Source: Candidatus Parcubacteria bacterium (GTDB lineage: Bacteria > Patescibacteriota > Patescibacteriia > CAIXNZ01). From it: a stretch of 45,239 bases of DNA. The stretch spans positions 1 to 45,239 of the forward strand of contig JAPLYF010000084.1 in the NCBI GenBank assembly GCA_026395675.1, given 5' to 3'. A model generated the notes under the pieces. It was not told the DNA's origin, did not search any database, and saw only the letters and a list, made by a program, of their open reading frames with translations. Below, one piece after another: positions 31,727-40,493 of this stretch (position 1 is the stretch's first letter; each line of letters opens with the position of its first letter). Made by a program: the position numbers and the translations under genes.

Positions 31727-34700
31727 TTATTTTAACATCATCATGTCAATGATTGAGGATTTGAGCAAATTATCACCTAGCGGATAAACTTTCGCTCCTG
31801 CTACATTCTTAATCACAAATTCATCTCTAAACAGATTATTTACAAAAACCTCTGCAGTCACTAATTTTTTAAGCAAATTATCAATATAATAAATTTCGCT
31901 TGAACCTTGATATTTAATCAATGAGCCAGTAGGATAATTTGCCGCTGTTATATCAGAGCCTTTGACATAATTAACAAAGAAAGAATCCGGCACGTCTAGT
32001 ACTTTCTTTGCCCAATCTGTCCCATACAATTCTCTGGCAATTGCCTCTGATTTTATAGCCCTGATAATTCCGCCTGGTTCAACAGTATAAACATTGGGAT
32101 CGGTCTGAATTTTTACTAATTTTGTGCCTGGTCGGACTGTGACATTGGAATCCATGGGCAGCTGGCTTAAAATATTGTCGCTTACAGTTTTAATCATTGA
32201 AAAATCCTTAAACCAGGTAAAAAATGTTGCTGCATTTGGAAAGACATGTCTTTTGCCCTCATTGCCCACGGCATAGACGGTCTTTGAGGCTGCATCTTTT
32301 AATAGATCGCCGATACTAACTCCATTTGGTAAAACCACTTCTGGCATTATTGGGGTAGGAACTATTCCGCTGGGCTGAGTAACTTCTACTGCTCCTTGGG
32401 CTGGAATTGTTATATTAAATACGACAGCCGGACTTAAATTGCCATTAGAATCTTCTGATCTTATTTTATAGGTATAGGTCTGATTAATTTGGCGACCTGT
32501 CAAGACCAACTGCTGAATCCCTTTATCTATAGTATTCGTATTGGTCTGACCATTTAATGTTTCATCAATGACAATTTTGGCTAGATCAGAATCAGTGGGA
32601 TCCTTCCAGGTAATTGTAACTTTGCCAGAAGAATCTGCTGTTATTTTTACATCTGTCACAATTGCTGGCGCATTATTGTCTGCCGCAGGACTATTATAGC
32701 TTGGCAATGCAGTAATTGTAAAAGTATAGGGCAAATCAACATTGCCGCCAGTTGGCCCGTCATTGCCAGAATAATAAAAGATGCCTGCTTCTCCAGAGCC
32801 AGGATCAAATAAGCCGGCAGTTGCTCCAGTATCCACTAATTGCGGTATTCTTAAAGTAATTGTTCTGCCTACAGTTGCAAAAGGATTGATATTAACTGAG
32901 ATGCAAATCCTGCCATTGCTTCCTCCTGGTCCTACTGCCCCAGTATATTCCCAGGTATTAGGTCCAGTCGCTGTCAAGTGAGCAAGAAAAGTATCATTGA
33001 CAGAACCAACTGGATTATCACAGCCACCACCTGCAGCACCCCCATCAAAAAGATCAACGCTGGTTATATCACTGCCTGCCACAGCAGTGCCAGTATTTTT
33101 TATGGTAATATGCTGCAAAATATCTGCTTGCCTATCAATCACACCATTATTTTGCGCGCCTGTTTGCACATTACCTTCGTCTTCTAAAATTGTATTGGCA
33201 GAAGTTAAGGTGTTTGTACTGTCTGCATTAGCATAAATCAAATTAAATCCATTTGGGCCTGTTGCCCCACTTAGAGCTGTTAAAGTATCGCCAGCCAGAG
33301 CTGAACCATAACCGTAAACATTGGCGTCACCAGAAGAAGCGGCTTTATTGCCATGAATTTCTAGCCATAAAGTTTCAGTGGCAGCAGCGCCAGCACCCCA
33401 ATCCCAGACAAGATTAGGTGCCCCGACTGCTCCGTCAAAATAAGCAAGTGTCCCAGCGCCTGAAGCCCAGCCGCCATTGCTAGTCGCTGGATTTAAGCCA
33501 TCGCCTGTAGTATCCTGTAAAATTGTATCTGGTCCGCCATTGCCTGGTATGCAATCGCCACTAATATCTATATATATATCTTCTAATGCCGTTGTTATAG
33601 GATGCCTGGAAAAACAAACATTATCAGCTGTTTGCAAATATGTTAAAGAAGCTCCGTTCACAAGCGCATCATCATCAGCACCAGCCCCAAGTGTAGCCGT
33701 GCCATCTGCTTCTATTGGTCCAGTTGCCCCCTCTATATTAGAATGCCACTGTTTTAACCCTTGCAATCTAGCCCATAAAGTCTCAGTTAAACCTGCAGTA
33801 GCTCCATGCGTCCAAGTCAAGCTGGAATCAGCGTCATAATAATAAAGAATTAAAGCAGCGCTCACATAGGCATGAGGAAAAACTCCTATTTGTGGCCCGA
33901 CACCAAGCCCAGTTGCAGTATCATCCCTTATTAATACATCAGTACCTCCGTTACCTGGAATGCAATCAGGAGGACCGAGAGGGCCAGGAGGCACATTACT
34001 ACCGCCATCAACATAAATGATTACATCACCAACGCTGTCTTGACCTAGGGTGTTAATGCAAACATTATCAGCTGGTATCAATGGCCTCAAAGTTGTGCCA
34101 TCAGGAATATTATCATCATCCAACCCTGAGCCAACACCACTATTTTCTGTTGTAGCATAGGTAATATTGCTTGAGTCCGTATAAAGGCCGTCTCCATCAG
34201 AATCAATATAAACTGGTTCATTTGGAGAGCCATCAAATTTATTATCAGTATTGGCATCAAAAAAAGTATCTTTGGCTATCCAAGCTCCTGGCGCATCTCC
34301 TTGCCACTGGTTTGGATAAGCGCTATTCCAATAACTGCCTTCTGCGCCGGTTATTACAGTATCAGGTTTTAAATTGTAAATCCAAATTGCCTCGCCATCA
34401 TCATAAGCGCCATTATTATTAATCAATTCAGAATGCAGCCATAAAGGAGTTGTTAGGCCTGATACAGCTGTGTCTGCACCGCCTGCGCATGCACCTCCTA
34501 AAATATAAGTCTGTGTGCCAGTCCCGCCATTACAATCGCCATCGCTATCAACATATACACATGCTGGCGCAGTCAAACTGTCAGTGCAAAGTTTATCGCC
34601 TCCATTAAAAAATATGCCTGCAAGATTTCCGCCTGCAGGAAACCAATCAAAAGTTGCTATTTTTGCGCCATCTGCTTGAACTCCGGGCCCAGCTGTAGCA

Positions 34701-35041
34701 GATCCATCAAAATCCACTGGCGTCAGACAAGTATTTCCTGGATCATCTAATCTATAACTGCAGGTTTGGCCTGGATTGTCAGTAATCCAAGCTCCCCAAA
34801 CAATAAACTGAGCTGCCGGAAAATTATTGCTGCCCGCCTGAGCACTACCCCCAGCAAAAGTAGTAAATAAATTAGCCATAAAAGTATTACTGAAGGCCTT
34901 GGCTTTTTCCCTATCTTTTAATAAAAAAGAAAAAACAATCTGATTAACTAATAAAACTACTGCTAAGGCCACATAAACAGCAATAATTTTTTTGTGTAAG
35001 CAATCAGACCATTTTCCCGGTTTTTTTGGTTTTAAATTCAT
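31727..35041 (-). CDS. large (about 1100 aa) N-terminally anchored G/D/T/A-rich surface protein with an FN3-like domain and a C-terminal beta-rich module
   Basis: N-terminal TM helix; repeated DSDGDC/GDCIPGNGG.D and TETLW motifs; FN3-like VTITWKDPTDSD...YTYKIRSEDSNGN. ATG at 35041 is preferred over the TTG at 35059. Confidence 0.8.
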   Translation of the reverse strand: MNLKPKKPGKWSDCLHKKIIAVYVALAVVLLVNQIVFSFLLKDREKAKAFSNTFMANLFTTFAGGSAQAGSNNFPAAQFIVWGAWITDNPGQTCSYRLDDPGNTCLTPVDFDGSATAGPGVQADGAKIATFDWFPAGGNLAGIFFNGGDKLCTDSLTAPACVYVDSDGDCNGGTGTQTYILGGACAGGADTAVSGLTTPLWLHSELINNNGAYDDGEAIWIYNLKPDTVITGAEGSYWNSAYPNQWQGDAPGAWIAKDTFFDANTDNKFDGSPNEPVYIDSDGDGLYTDSSNITYATTENSGVGSGLDDDNIPDGTTLRPLIPADNVCINTLGQDSVGDVIIYVDGGSNVPPGPLGPPDCIPGNGGTDVLIRDDTATGLGVGPQIGVFPHAYVSAALILYYYDADSSLTWTHGATAGLTETLWARLQGLKQWHSNIEGATGPIEADGTATLGAGADDDALVNGASLTYLQTADNVCFSRHPITTALEDIYIDISGDCIPGNGGPDTILQDTTGDGLNPATSNGGWASGAGTLAYFDGAVGAPNLVWDWGAGAAATETLWLEIHGNKAASSGDANVYGYGSALAGDTLTALSGATGPNGFNLIYANADSTNTLTSANTILEDEGNVQTGAQNNGVIDRQADILQHITIKNTGTAVAGSDITSVDLFDGGAAGGGCDNPVGSVNDTFLAHLTATGPNTWEYTGAVGPGGSNGRICISVNINPFATVGRTITLRIPQLVDTGATAGLFDPGSGEAGIFYYSGNDGPTGGNVDLPYTFTITALPSYNSPAADNNAPAIVTDVKITADSSGKVTITWKDPTDSDLAKIVIDETLNGQTNTNTIDKGIQQLVLTGRQINQTYTYKIRSEDSNGNLSPAVVFNITIPAQGAVEVTQPSGIVPTPIMPEVVLPNGVSIGDLLKDAASKTVYAVGNEGKRHVFPNAATFFTWFKDFSMIKTVSDNILSQLPMDSNVTVRPGTKLVKIQTDPNVYTVEPGGIIRAIKSEAIARELYGTDWAKKVLDVPDSFFVNYVKGSDITAANYPTGSLIKYQGSSEIYYIDNLLKKLVTAEVFVNNLFRDEFVIKNVAGAKVYPLGDNLLKSSIIDMMMLK

Positions 35042-35191
35042 AATTTTAAAAATTATCAATTTATTAATAAAAATAGAGGAAATTAAAATTCCTCTTTATA
35101 TATTAAAGATTTTTTTTTGCTCTGATTTCTGCATGCTCTTAGCATTGACCAGCAGATTAATACTTTATTTAAAGATTATATCTTGATTTGT

Positions 35192-35220
35192 ATTATAGCA
35201 AATTTTAACAAAAAAAGCAA
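35192..35220 (-). promoter_or_regulatory. promoter TTGCTT-17-(TGC)TATAAT for the surface protein gene
   Basis: RC of 35215-35220 and 35192-35197. Confidence 0.5.
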
Positions 35221-35230
35221 GAGAAATTTC

Positions 35231-35938
35231 TTATTTCTGTGGAAAACATCTTAAACGCCAGCAATTAATAATGGCTTCCCAGATTATTTTTTTATTAAAT
35301 TTGGAGCGTCCCCTGGCTCTTTCCTGAAAAATAAAAGGAATTTCCTTGATTTTAAAACCCTTTTTTATGGCTTTGTAAGTCATTTCAATTTGAAACATGT
35401 AGCCATTTGATTTAATCTTATTTAAATCAATTGATTCTAAAACTTTGCGGCGATAACATTTAAAACCGCCTGTTAAATCTTTTATTTTTAAACCCAAAAT
35501 TATTTGCGCATAAAAACAACCAGCTCGGCTGATTAATTCTCTTAACCAGCTCCAGCCCTGAGTGCCTCCACCCTTAATGTATCTTGACCCTAAAACCAAG
35601 TCGCTACCCTTGATTGCTTCCAAAAAACTACTCAAATATCTGGGCTGGTGGGAAAAATCAGCATCCATTTCAAAAATATAATCATAACTCTTATCTAAAG
35701 CCCATTTAAAACCCGAGATATAAGCTCGACCCAATCCTTCTTTTTTCTCACGGTGTAAAATAAAAAGTTGAGGAATGATTTTTCTTAAGTCCTCAACTAA
35801 TTGGCCTGTGCCATCAGGTGAATTATCATCCACTATTAAAATATCTAAACTTAAATTTTGTGCTAAAATTTCTCTGACAAGCTTGGCAATGTTTTCTCTT
35901 TCATTATAAGTAGGGAGAATGACTAATCCCTGATTCAT
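35231..35938 (-). CDS. GT2 family polyprenol-phosphate mannosyl/glycosyltransferase (Dpm1-like)
   Basis: VILPTYNEREN...IVDDNSPDGT...EMDADFSH. ATG at 35938, directly after the leuS stop. Confidence 0.85.
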   Translation of the reverse strand: MNQGLVILPTYNERENIAKLVREILAQNLSLDILIVDDNSPDGTGQLVEDLRKIIPQLFILHREKKEGLGRAYISGFKWALDKSYDYIFEMDADFSHQPRYLSSFLEAIKGSDLVLGSRYIKGGGTQGWSWLRELISRAGCFYAQIILGLKIKDLTGGFKCYRRKVLESIDLNKIKSNGYMFQIEMTYKAIKKGFKIKEIPFIFQERARGRSKFNKKIIWEAIINCWRLRCFPQK

Positions 35939-35940
35939 AT

Positions 35941-38364
35941 TTAAATCACAATATTTAATATCTTGCCTGGCACGTAAATAATTTTTTTCACCTCCTTGCC
36001 TTCCAGCCATTTTTTCACATGTTCATCTGCCAATGCTAAATTTTTTATTTCTTCTTCTGACATATCTTCGGTCACCAAAATTTTACAGCGCATTTTGCCA
36101 TTGATCTGCACTGGCACTTCTTTAACAGCATCCTTAGCTAATTCTGGATCATACTCCGGCCATTTCTCCAAAAAGATTGATTTCTTATGGCCTAATTTTT
36201 GCCAAAGCTCTTCGCCAAGGTGAGGCGCGAAAGGAGATAAAATCTTTAAAAATTGCTCAAAAATTTCCTGATTACAGCCTTTATCCTGAAATTTATTTAT
36301 TAAAATCATCAGAGCAGAAACGCAAGTGTTTAAATCTAAAGTTTCAATCTGTTCAGCGAGTTGTTTTATTGTCTTATGCAGCAAGCGAATCTCTTCATCA
36401 TTATTAGTTCTTTTTTTATTATCTAACTTATTTCCAATTGCCCAAACTTTATCCATAAAGCGTTTTATCCCAACTACGCCCTGTGTGCTCCATGGTGTGG
36501 GCTGATCAAATGGACCCATAAACATTTCATAAACCCTGAAAGTGTCAGCTCCATATTCCTTGACTACATCATCAGGATTAACCACATTGCCGCGCGACTT
36601 GGACATTTTTTCTCCGTCTTCGCCTAAAATTAAACCGTGCGAAGTGCGTTTGGCATATGGCTCTGCAGTTGGCACCACGCCAATATCGTATAAAAATTTG
36701 TGCCAGAAGCGTGAATACAGAAGATGCAAAGTTGTGTGCTCCATGCCGCCATTGTACCAATCAACCGGCGTCCAGTATTTTAATTTCTTTTTGTCAGCCA
36801 AAATTTTATCATTTTTTGGATCGCAATATCTTAAAAAATACCAGGACGAACCAGCCCATTGGGGCATAGTATCTGTTTCGCGTTTGGCTTCTTCCCCGCA
36901 TTTTGGACATTCAACATTAACCCAGTCCTCAATCAGAGCCAAGGGTGAATCCCCATTTTCTGTTGTTTGGTAATTTTCCACTTCGGGTAAAAGAACTGGC
37001 AAATTTTTTTCCTCAACTGGCACATAGCCACAACGCGGACAAATAATAATGGGAATTGGCTCCCCCCAATAACGCTGGCGGGAAAAAATCCAGTCGCGCA
37101 AATGGTAGTTGACTGTCTGGAAACCAAAACCTTTATTTTCTAACCATTCAATAATTTTATCAGTCGCTGGCTGAACATTTAAACCATTTAAAAATTCTGA
37201 ATTAACTAAAGTACCGTCGCCTATCCAGGATTCTTTTTTAATATTTCCACCAGCCACAACTTCTTTAACTAACAGATCAAACTTTTTAGCAAATTCATAA
37301 TCCCTCTGGTCGTGCGCTGGTACTGCCATGACAGCACCTGTGCCATAAGTGGCCAAAACATAATCAGCGGAAAAAATAGGAATTTCTTCATCATTTACAG
37401 GATTAATTGCTTTCAAGCCATGCAGTTCAATCCCTGTCTTGGCTTTTTCTAAATTAGTCCTTTCTAATTCTGTTTTATGCTTGGCCTGATCACGATAATC
37501 CAGCACATCATTAATGTTATCAATCTGGTCTTTAAATTTCTCAATCAATTCATGCTCAGGCGCCACCACCATATAAGTACAGCCAAATAGCGTGTCTGGC
37601 CTGGTGGTATAAACCGGCAAATCATACATATGTTCTTTGGGCAGCATTGTTTTACTTTTAACTTTAAAAACAACCTGCGCCCCATAACTTTTGCCAATCC
37701 AGTCGCTTTGTTGTTTTTTAATTTTCTCCAAATAATCAACAGTTCCCAAATCAGCCAGCAAGCGGTCTGCATAGTCGGTAATTTTTAACATCCATTGTTC
37801 CCTTTCCCTGCGATAAACTTCGCCACCGCATCTTTCGCAAAGATTTTGCACCACTTCTTCATTAGCCAAACCCACATTGCATTTGGTGCACCAGTTCACA
37901 TCCATCTTGGCCTTGTATGCCAAATTTTTATGAAAAAGTTGTAAAAAAATCCATTGAGTCCATTTATAATATTTGGGATCTGTTGTATTAATTTCCCGCG
38001 ACCAATCAAAAGAAAGTCCAATCATTTTCATCTGGCGCTTAATAGTAGCAATGTTTTTTTCAGTTATAATTTTAGGATGCTTACCTGTTTTGATAGCATA
38101 ATTTTCAGTTGGCAAGCCAAAGGCATCCCAGCCAATTGGGTACATAACATTAAAGCCCTGCATTCTTCTTTTGCGCGCCAAAATATCCAGAGCCGTATAA
38201 GGACGCGGATGGCCTACATGCAAACCCTCGCCAGACGGATAAGGAAATTCAATCAAACAATAAAACTTGGGCTTTTTGGAAAAGTCCTCGGCCTTGTTTA
38301 ATTCTTGTTCTTCCCAGTATTTTTGCCACTTGGGCTCGATTTCTGATGGATTGTATTCGTTCAT
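35941..38364 (-). CDS. leuS: leucine--tRNA ligase
   Basis: HVGH (HIGH) and KMSKS motifs; 807 aa. Confidence 0.97.
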   Translation of the reverse strand: MNEYNPSEIEPKWQKYWEEQELNKAEDFSKKPKFYCLIEFPYPSGEGLHVGHPRPYTALDILARKRRMQGFNVMYPIGWDAFGLPTENYAIKTGKHPKIITEKNIATIKRQMKMIGLSFDWSREINTTDPKYYKWTQWIFLQLFHKNLAYKAKMDVNWCTKCNVGLANEEVVQNLCERCGGEVYRREREQWMLKITDYADRLLADLGTVDYLEKIKKQQSDWIGKSYGAQVVFKVKSKTMLPKEHMYDLPVYTTRPDTLFGCTYMVVAPEHELIEKFKDQIDNINDVLDYRDQAKHKTELERTNLEKAKTGIELHGLKAINPVNDEEIPIFSADYVLATYGTGAVMAVPAHDQRDYEFAKKFDLLVKEVVAGGNIKKESWIGDGTLVNSEFLNGLNVQPATDKIIEWLENKGFGFQTVNYHLRDWIFSRQRYWGEPIPIIICPRCGYVPVEEKNLPVLLPEVENYQTTENGDSPLALIEDWVNVECPKCGEEAKRETDTMPQWAGSSWYFLRYCDPKNDKILADKKKLKYWTPVDWYNGGMEHTTLHLLYSRFWHKFLYDIGVVPTAEPYAKRTSHGLILGEDGEKMSKSRGNVVNPDDVVKEYGADTFRVYEMFMGPFDQPTPWSTQGVVGIKRFMDKVWAIGNKLDNKKRTNNDEEIRLLHKTIKQLAEQIETLDLNTCVSALMILINKFQDKGCNQEIFEQFLKILSPFAPHLGEELWQKLGHKKSIFLEKWPEYDPELAKDAVKEVPVQINGKMRCKILVTEDMSEEEIKNLALADEHVKKWLEGKEVKKIIYVPGKILNIVI

Positions 38365-38598
38365 AAATTTATAAGTTAAAGGAGGTGTCTAAGGTGGCTA
38401 AGTAAAGTAAGGATTAAGCTAGCTTACCCAGCTTAATTTACTTACCCAGCTTACAAGCTATAACCAAATTTTACGCTAAAATTAAAATTTTTTCAAATTT
38501 AAAAAATCGGCCACAACAGGAATTACCCCTTTAGGGGTTTATATAAAAGACTGAAGCCTAAACTCCTTTCCGAACCGATTTTTTTTCAAATTTAAAAA

Positions 38599-38627
38599 CC
38601 CCGCGCTTTCTTTCAAAAACACGGGGG
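38599..38627 (-). terminator. terminator after the GC-rich gene
   Basis: Sense strand: ccccgug-(14)-cgcgggg uuuuu (G.U only in the sense orientation). Confidence 0.55.
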
Positions 38628-38656
38628 TAAGAGTACAAGAATACAAAGATTCAAGT

Positions 38657-39358
38657 TTACGAAACCGCGGCACGGGCGCGCAGGCGTCCATCAGCAGAGC
38701 CAGGGCGGCAGTAGTCGACGTCCATCTCGTCACCGTGCCAGCGGACGCAAGGAACAGTGCCATCGGAATCGCGCGAACCCGAACAAAAAGTTGCGTTCTT
38801 GATGTCCAAATGTTTGCCTGTTCGCCAATGATAGAAAACTTCCAGAAACAGGCGCTCCTCAAGGGTGATGCCGTTAATTCCTTCTTTGGCGCAGTCATTC
38901 GCCGACTTGTTCTTATTTTCTTCGTCGGCCTCAATGCGATCACGCACAGAAATAGCATAAGTCTTTTCGGTGGTGCGCACTGACTTGATGGCGTTCAGAT
39001 CATTGGTGTAGCGCCAAACCGCAAAACGTTTCTTGCACTCGTCAAAGAGACGATTCGCGGTCAGGCCTTGGAGCATGACAGTCAGCCAGTTGAATCCTTC
39101 TTTTTTCTCGGGGATTGATAAGTCTGAGAAGTCCACTGTAAGGCCAAAAACTTCCAGGTAAAAACGTTCCAATTCTCTGCGTGGGTCTGGAATGACAAGC
39201 GCTTTGGCCAGGGTAGCCTGCAGTTCACTCTGGTTTTTAATCCAGTACTGCATTTCCTCCGGAGTCAGGTGCGGCGCCTGCTTAAGCAAAGCCGCTCCAA
39301 ACTCCAGTGCTTGCCTTGTCGTATCCTGTTTTTGCGGGACGGTACCATGTTTTTTCAT
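38657..39358 (-). CDS. hypothetical protein, compositionally foreign (visibly GC-rich)
   Basis: 233-aa ORF with GC-rich codons (GCG, CGC, GGC), strong SD ggaaggaggg, own promoter and flanking terminators. I recognise no family. Confidence 0.7.
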   Translation of the reverse strand: MKKHGTVPQKQDTTRQALEFGAALLKQAPHLTPEEMQYWIKNQSELQATLAKALVIPDPRRELERFYLEVFGLTVDFSDLSIPEKKEGFNWLTVMLQGLTANRLFDECKKRFAVWRYTNDLNAIKSVRTTEKTYAISVRDRIEADEENKNKSANDCAKEGINGITLEERLFLEVFYHWRTGKHLDIKNATFCSGSRDSDGTVPCVRWHGDEMDVDYCRPGSADGRLRARAAVS

Positions 39359-39429
39359 GGACGGTTCCCTCCTTCCGCGTATTAGCTCGCCAGCTTTCTT
39401 TACCTGACAAAATCAGGTTTTAATAATTA

Positions 39430-39458
39430 ATTATTACAAATTAAAATTATTCTGTCAA
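39430..39458 (-). promoter_or_regulatory. promoter TTGACA-16/17-TAATAA(T)
   Basis: RC of 39453-39458; the -10 register is ambiguous. Confidence 0.4.
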
Positions 39459-39503
39459 TCCTTTTTACCTAAAATTAAAAATTTTTCAACTTAAAGTACA
39501 TAT

Positions 39504-39591
39504 AAAAATCAGCCCGCGCCGGAATGACACATTTTAATGTGTTACTGTAACAGACTAAAGTCTGTCATTCCGTTCCCTTGGGCTGATTTTT
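39504..39591 (-). terminator. 88-nt compound palindrome/terminator abutting the CoA-binding gene stop
   Basis: Outer stem atcagccc/gggctgat, inner stem ggaatgaca/tgtcattcc, three mini hairpins inside, U-run. Confidence 0.5.
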
Positions 39592-39989
39592 TATATTAAA
39601 TTTTCTGTCTCCACCATAATGCATTTGCCTTCCATAATTTTAAACCCAGCGCTTTGGGCCATATTAATTGCATCTCTAAATTCCGAACCTGGCTGAAACC
39701 ATAAACGGTTTAATTTTAAATCCAGGCATTCTTTAACGATTTTTTGGGCATTTTCCCTGCCAACGATTAAAACCACTACATCAGGCCTTTCCTCCATGGA
39801 AATTAAATCGGGAACACAAAGCAAACCAGCCACTTCTTCATACTTAGGATTAACAGGTACAACCTTAAAACCCTTATTTTTTAAATCAACTAAAACCCTA
39901 TACCCATATTTTTTCTTATTGGCAGTGGCGCCCACAATGGCGTAAATAAAATCTTTGTTGATGAAATCTTTGATTTGCGCTTCTTCCAT
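39591..39989 (-). CDS. CoA-binding domain protein (YccU-like)
   Basis: IYAIVGATANKKKYGYRV...GFKVVPVNPKY. ATG at 39989 is preferred over the TTG at 39998. Confidence 0.8.
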   Translation of the reverse strand: MEEAQIKDFINKDFIYAIVGATANKKKYGYRVLVDLKNKGFKVVPVNPKYEEVAGLLCVPDLISMEERPDVVVLIVGRENAQKIVKECLDLKLNRLWFQPGSEFRDAINMAQSAGFKIMEGKCIMVETENLI

Positions 39990-40065
39990 AAAATTCAATC
40001 TTAAATCATATATCTTAAATCTTACATCTTATAAACATTTTACCAAATTCCCAGCAAAAAACAAA

Positions 40066-40086
40066 AACACGCCATTATGACGTGTT
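40066..40086 (-). terminator. aacacg/cgtgtt hairpin plus U-run
   Basis: Sense strand: aacacgucauaauggcguguuuuuguuuuuu. Confidence 0.55.
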
Positions 40087-40102
40087 AAAGAAATAGTAGA
40101 TA

Positions 40103-40372
40103 TTAATTTGTTCTTTTCAGTCCTTTTAAAAGGGGGATCTTCTCCATTTCTTCTGCCAGACCCGAGACTGCATTGCTCATATCTCTGGTGATAATAAAAT
40201 CAGCAACTTTGTCATTTTGCTTGCAAATTTCGCAGCTTGCGGAATGTTCAAGAAGAATGTCCCATTCGTCTTCTGTTAATTTATTTAATGGCTTCCCTAT
40301 ATCTGCCAACAGATTGTTTTTTTCTTCGCACGGCCACACGGCATCTTTTTCATCTCTAATTATATTTGCCAT
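40103..40372 (-). CDS. small protein with ZAS-type (zf-HC2) C-x27-H-x3-C-x2-C motif
   Basis: C15...LLEH43SASC47EIC50K resembles anti-sigma factor zinc fingers. Strong SD aaggagg. Confidence 0.45.
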   Translation of the reverse strand: MANIIRDEKDAVWPCEEKNNLLADIGKPLNKLTEDEWDILLEHSASCEICKQNDKVADFIITRDMSNAVSGLAEEMEKIPLLKGLKRTN

Positions 40373-40456
40373 CTGCGCCTCCTTTTTTGATTTTTTAGCT
40401 TAGCAAATTACTGGGTTCTTGTCAATCATTAGTTCTAAAATATAAAAAAATATTCC

Positions 40457-40490
40457 AAAATTAAAAATTAAAAATTAAAAATTAAAAATT
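40457..40490. repeat. AAAATTA heptad x4.9
   Basis: Read directly, immediately after the trxB stop. Confidence 0.7.
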
Positions 40491-40493
40491 TAC

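Noticed and set aside
38539-38958. 139-aa minus-strand ORF overlapping the GC-rich gene out of frame
   Set aside because: This is a by-product of the locally high GC content. The 233-aa frame has the SD, promoter and terminator.
9893-40490. CRISPR array
   Set aside because: The only tandem repeats are 7-8-nt A/T microsatellites and scattered palindromes. There are no 25-40-nt repeats with unique spacers and no cas genes.
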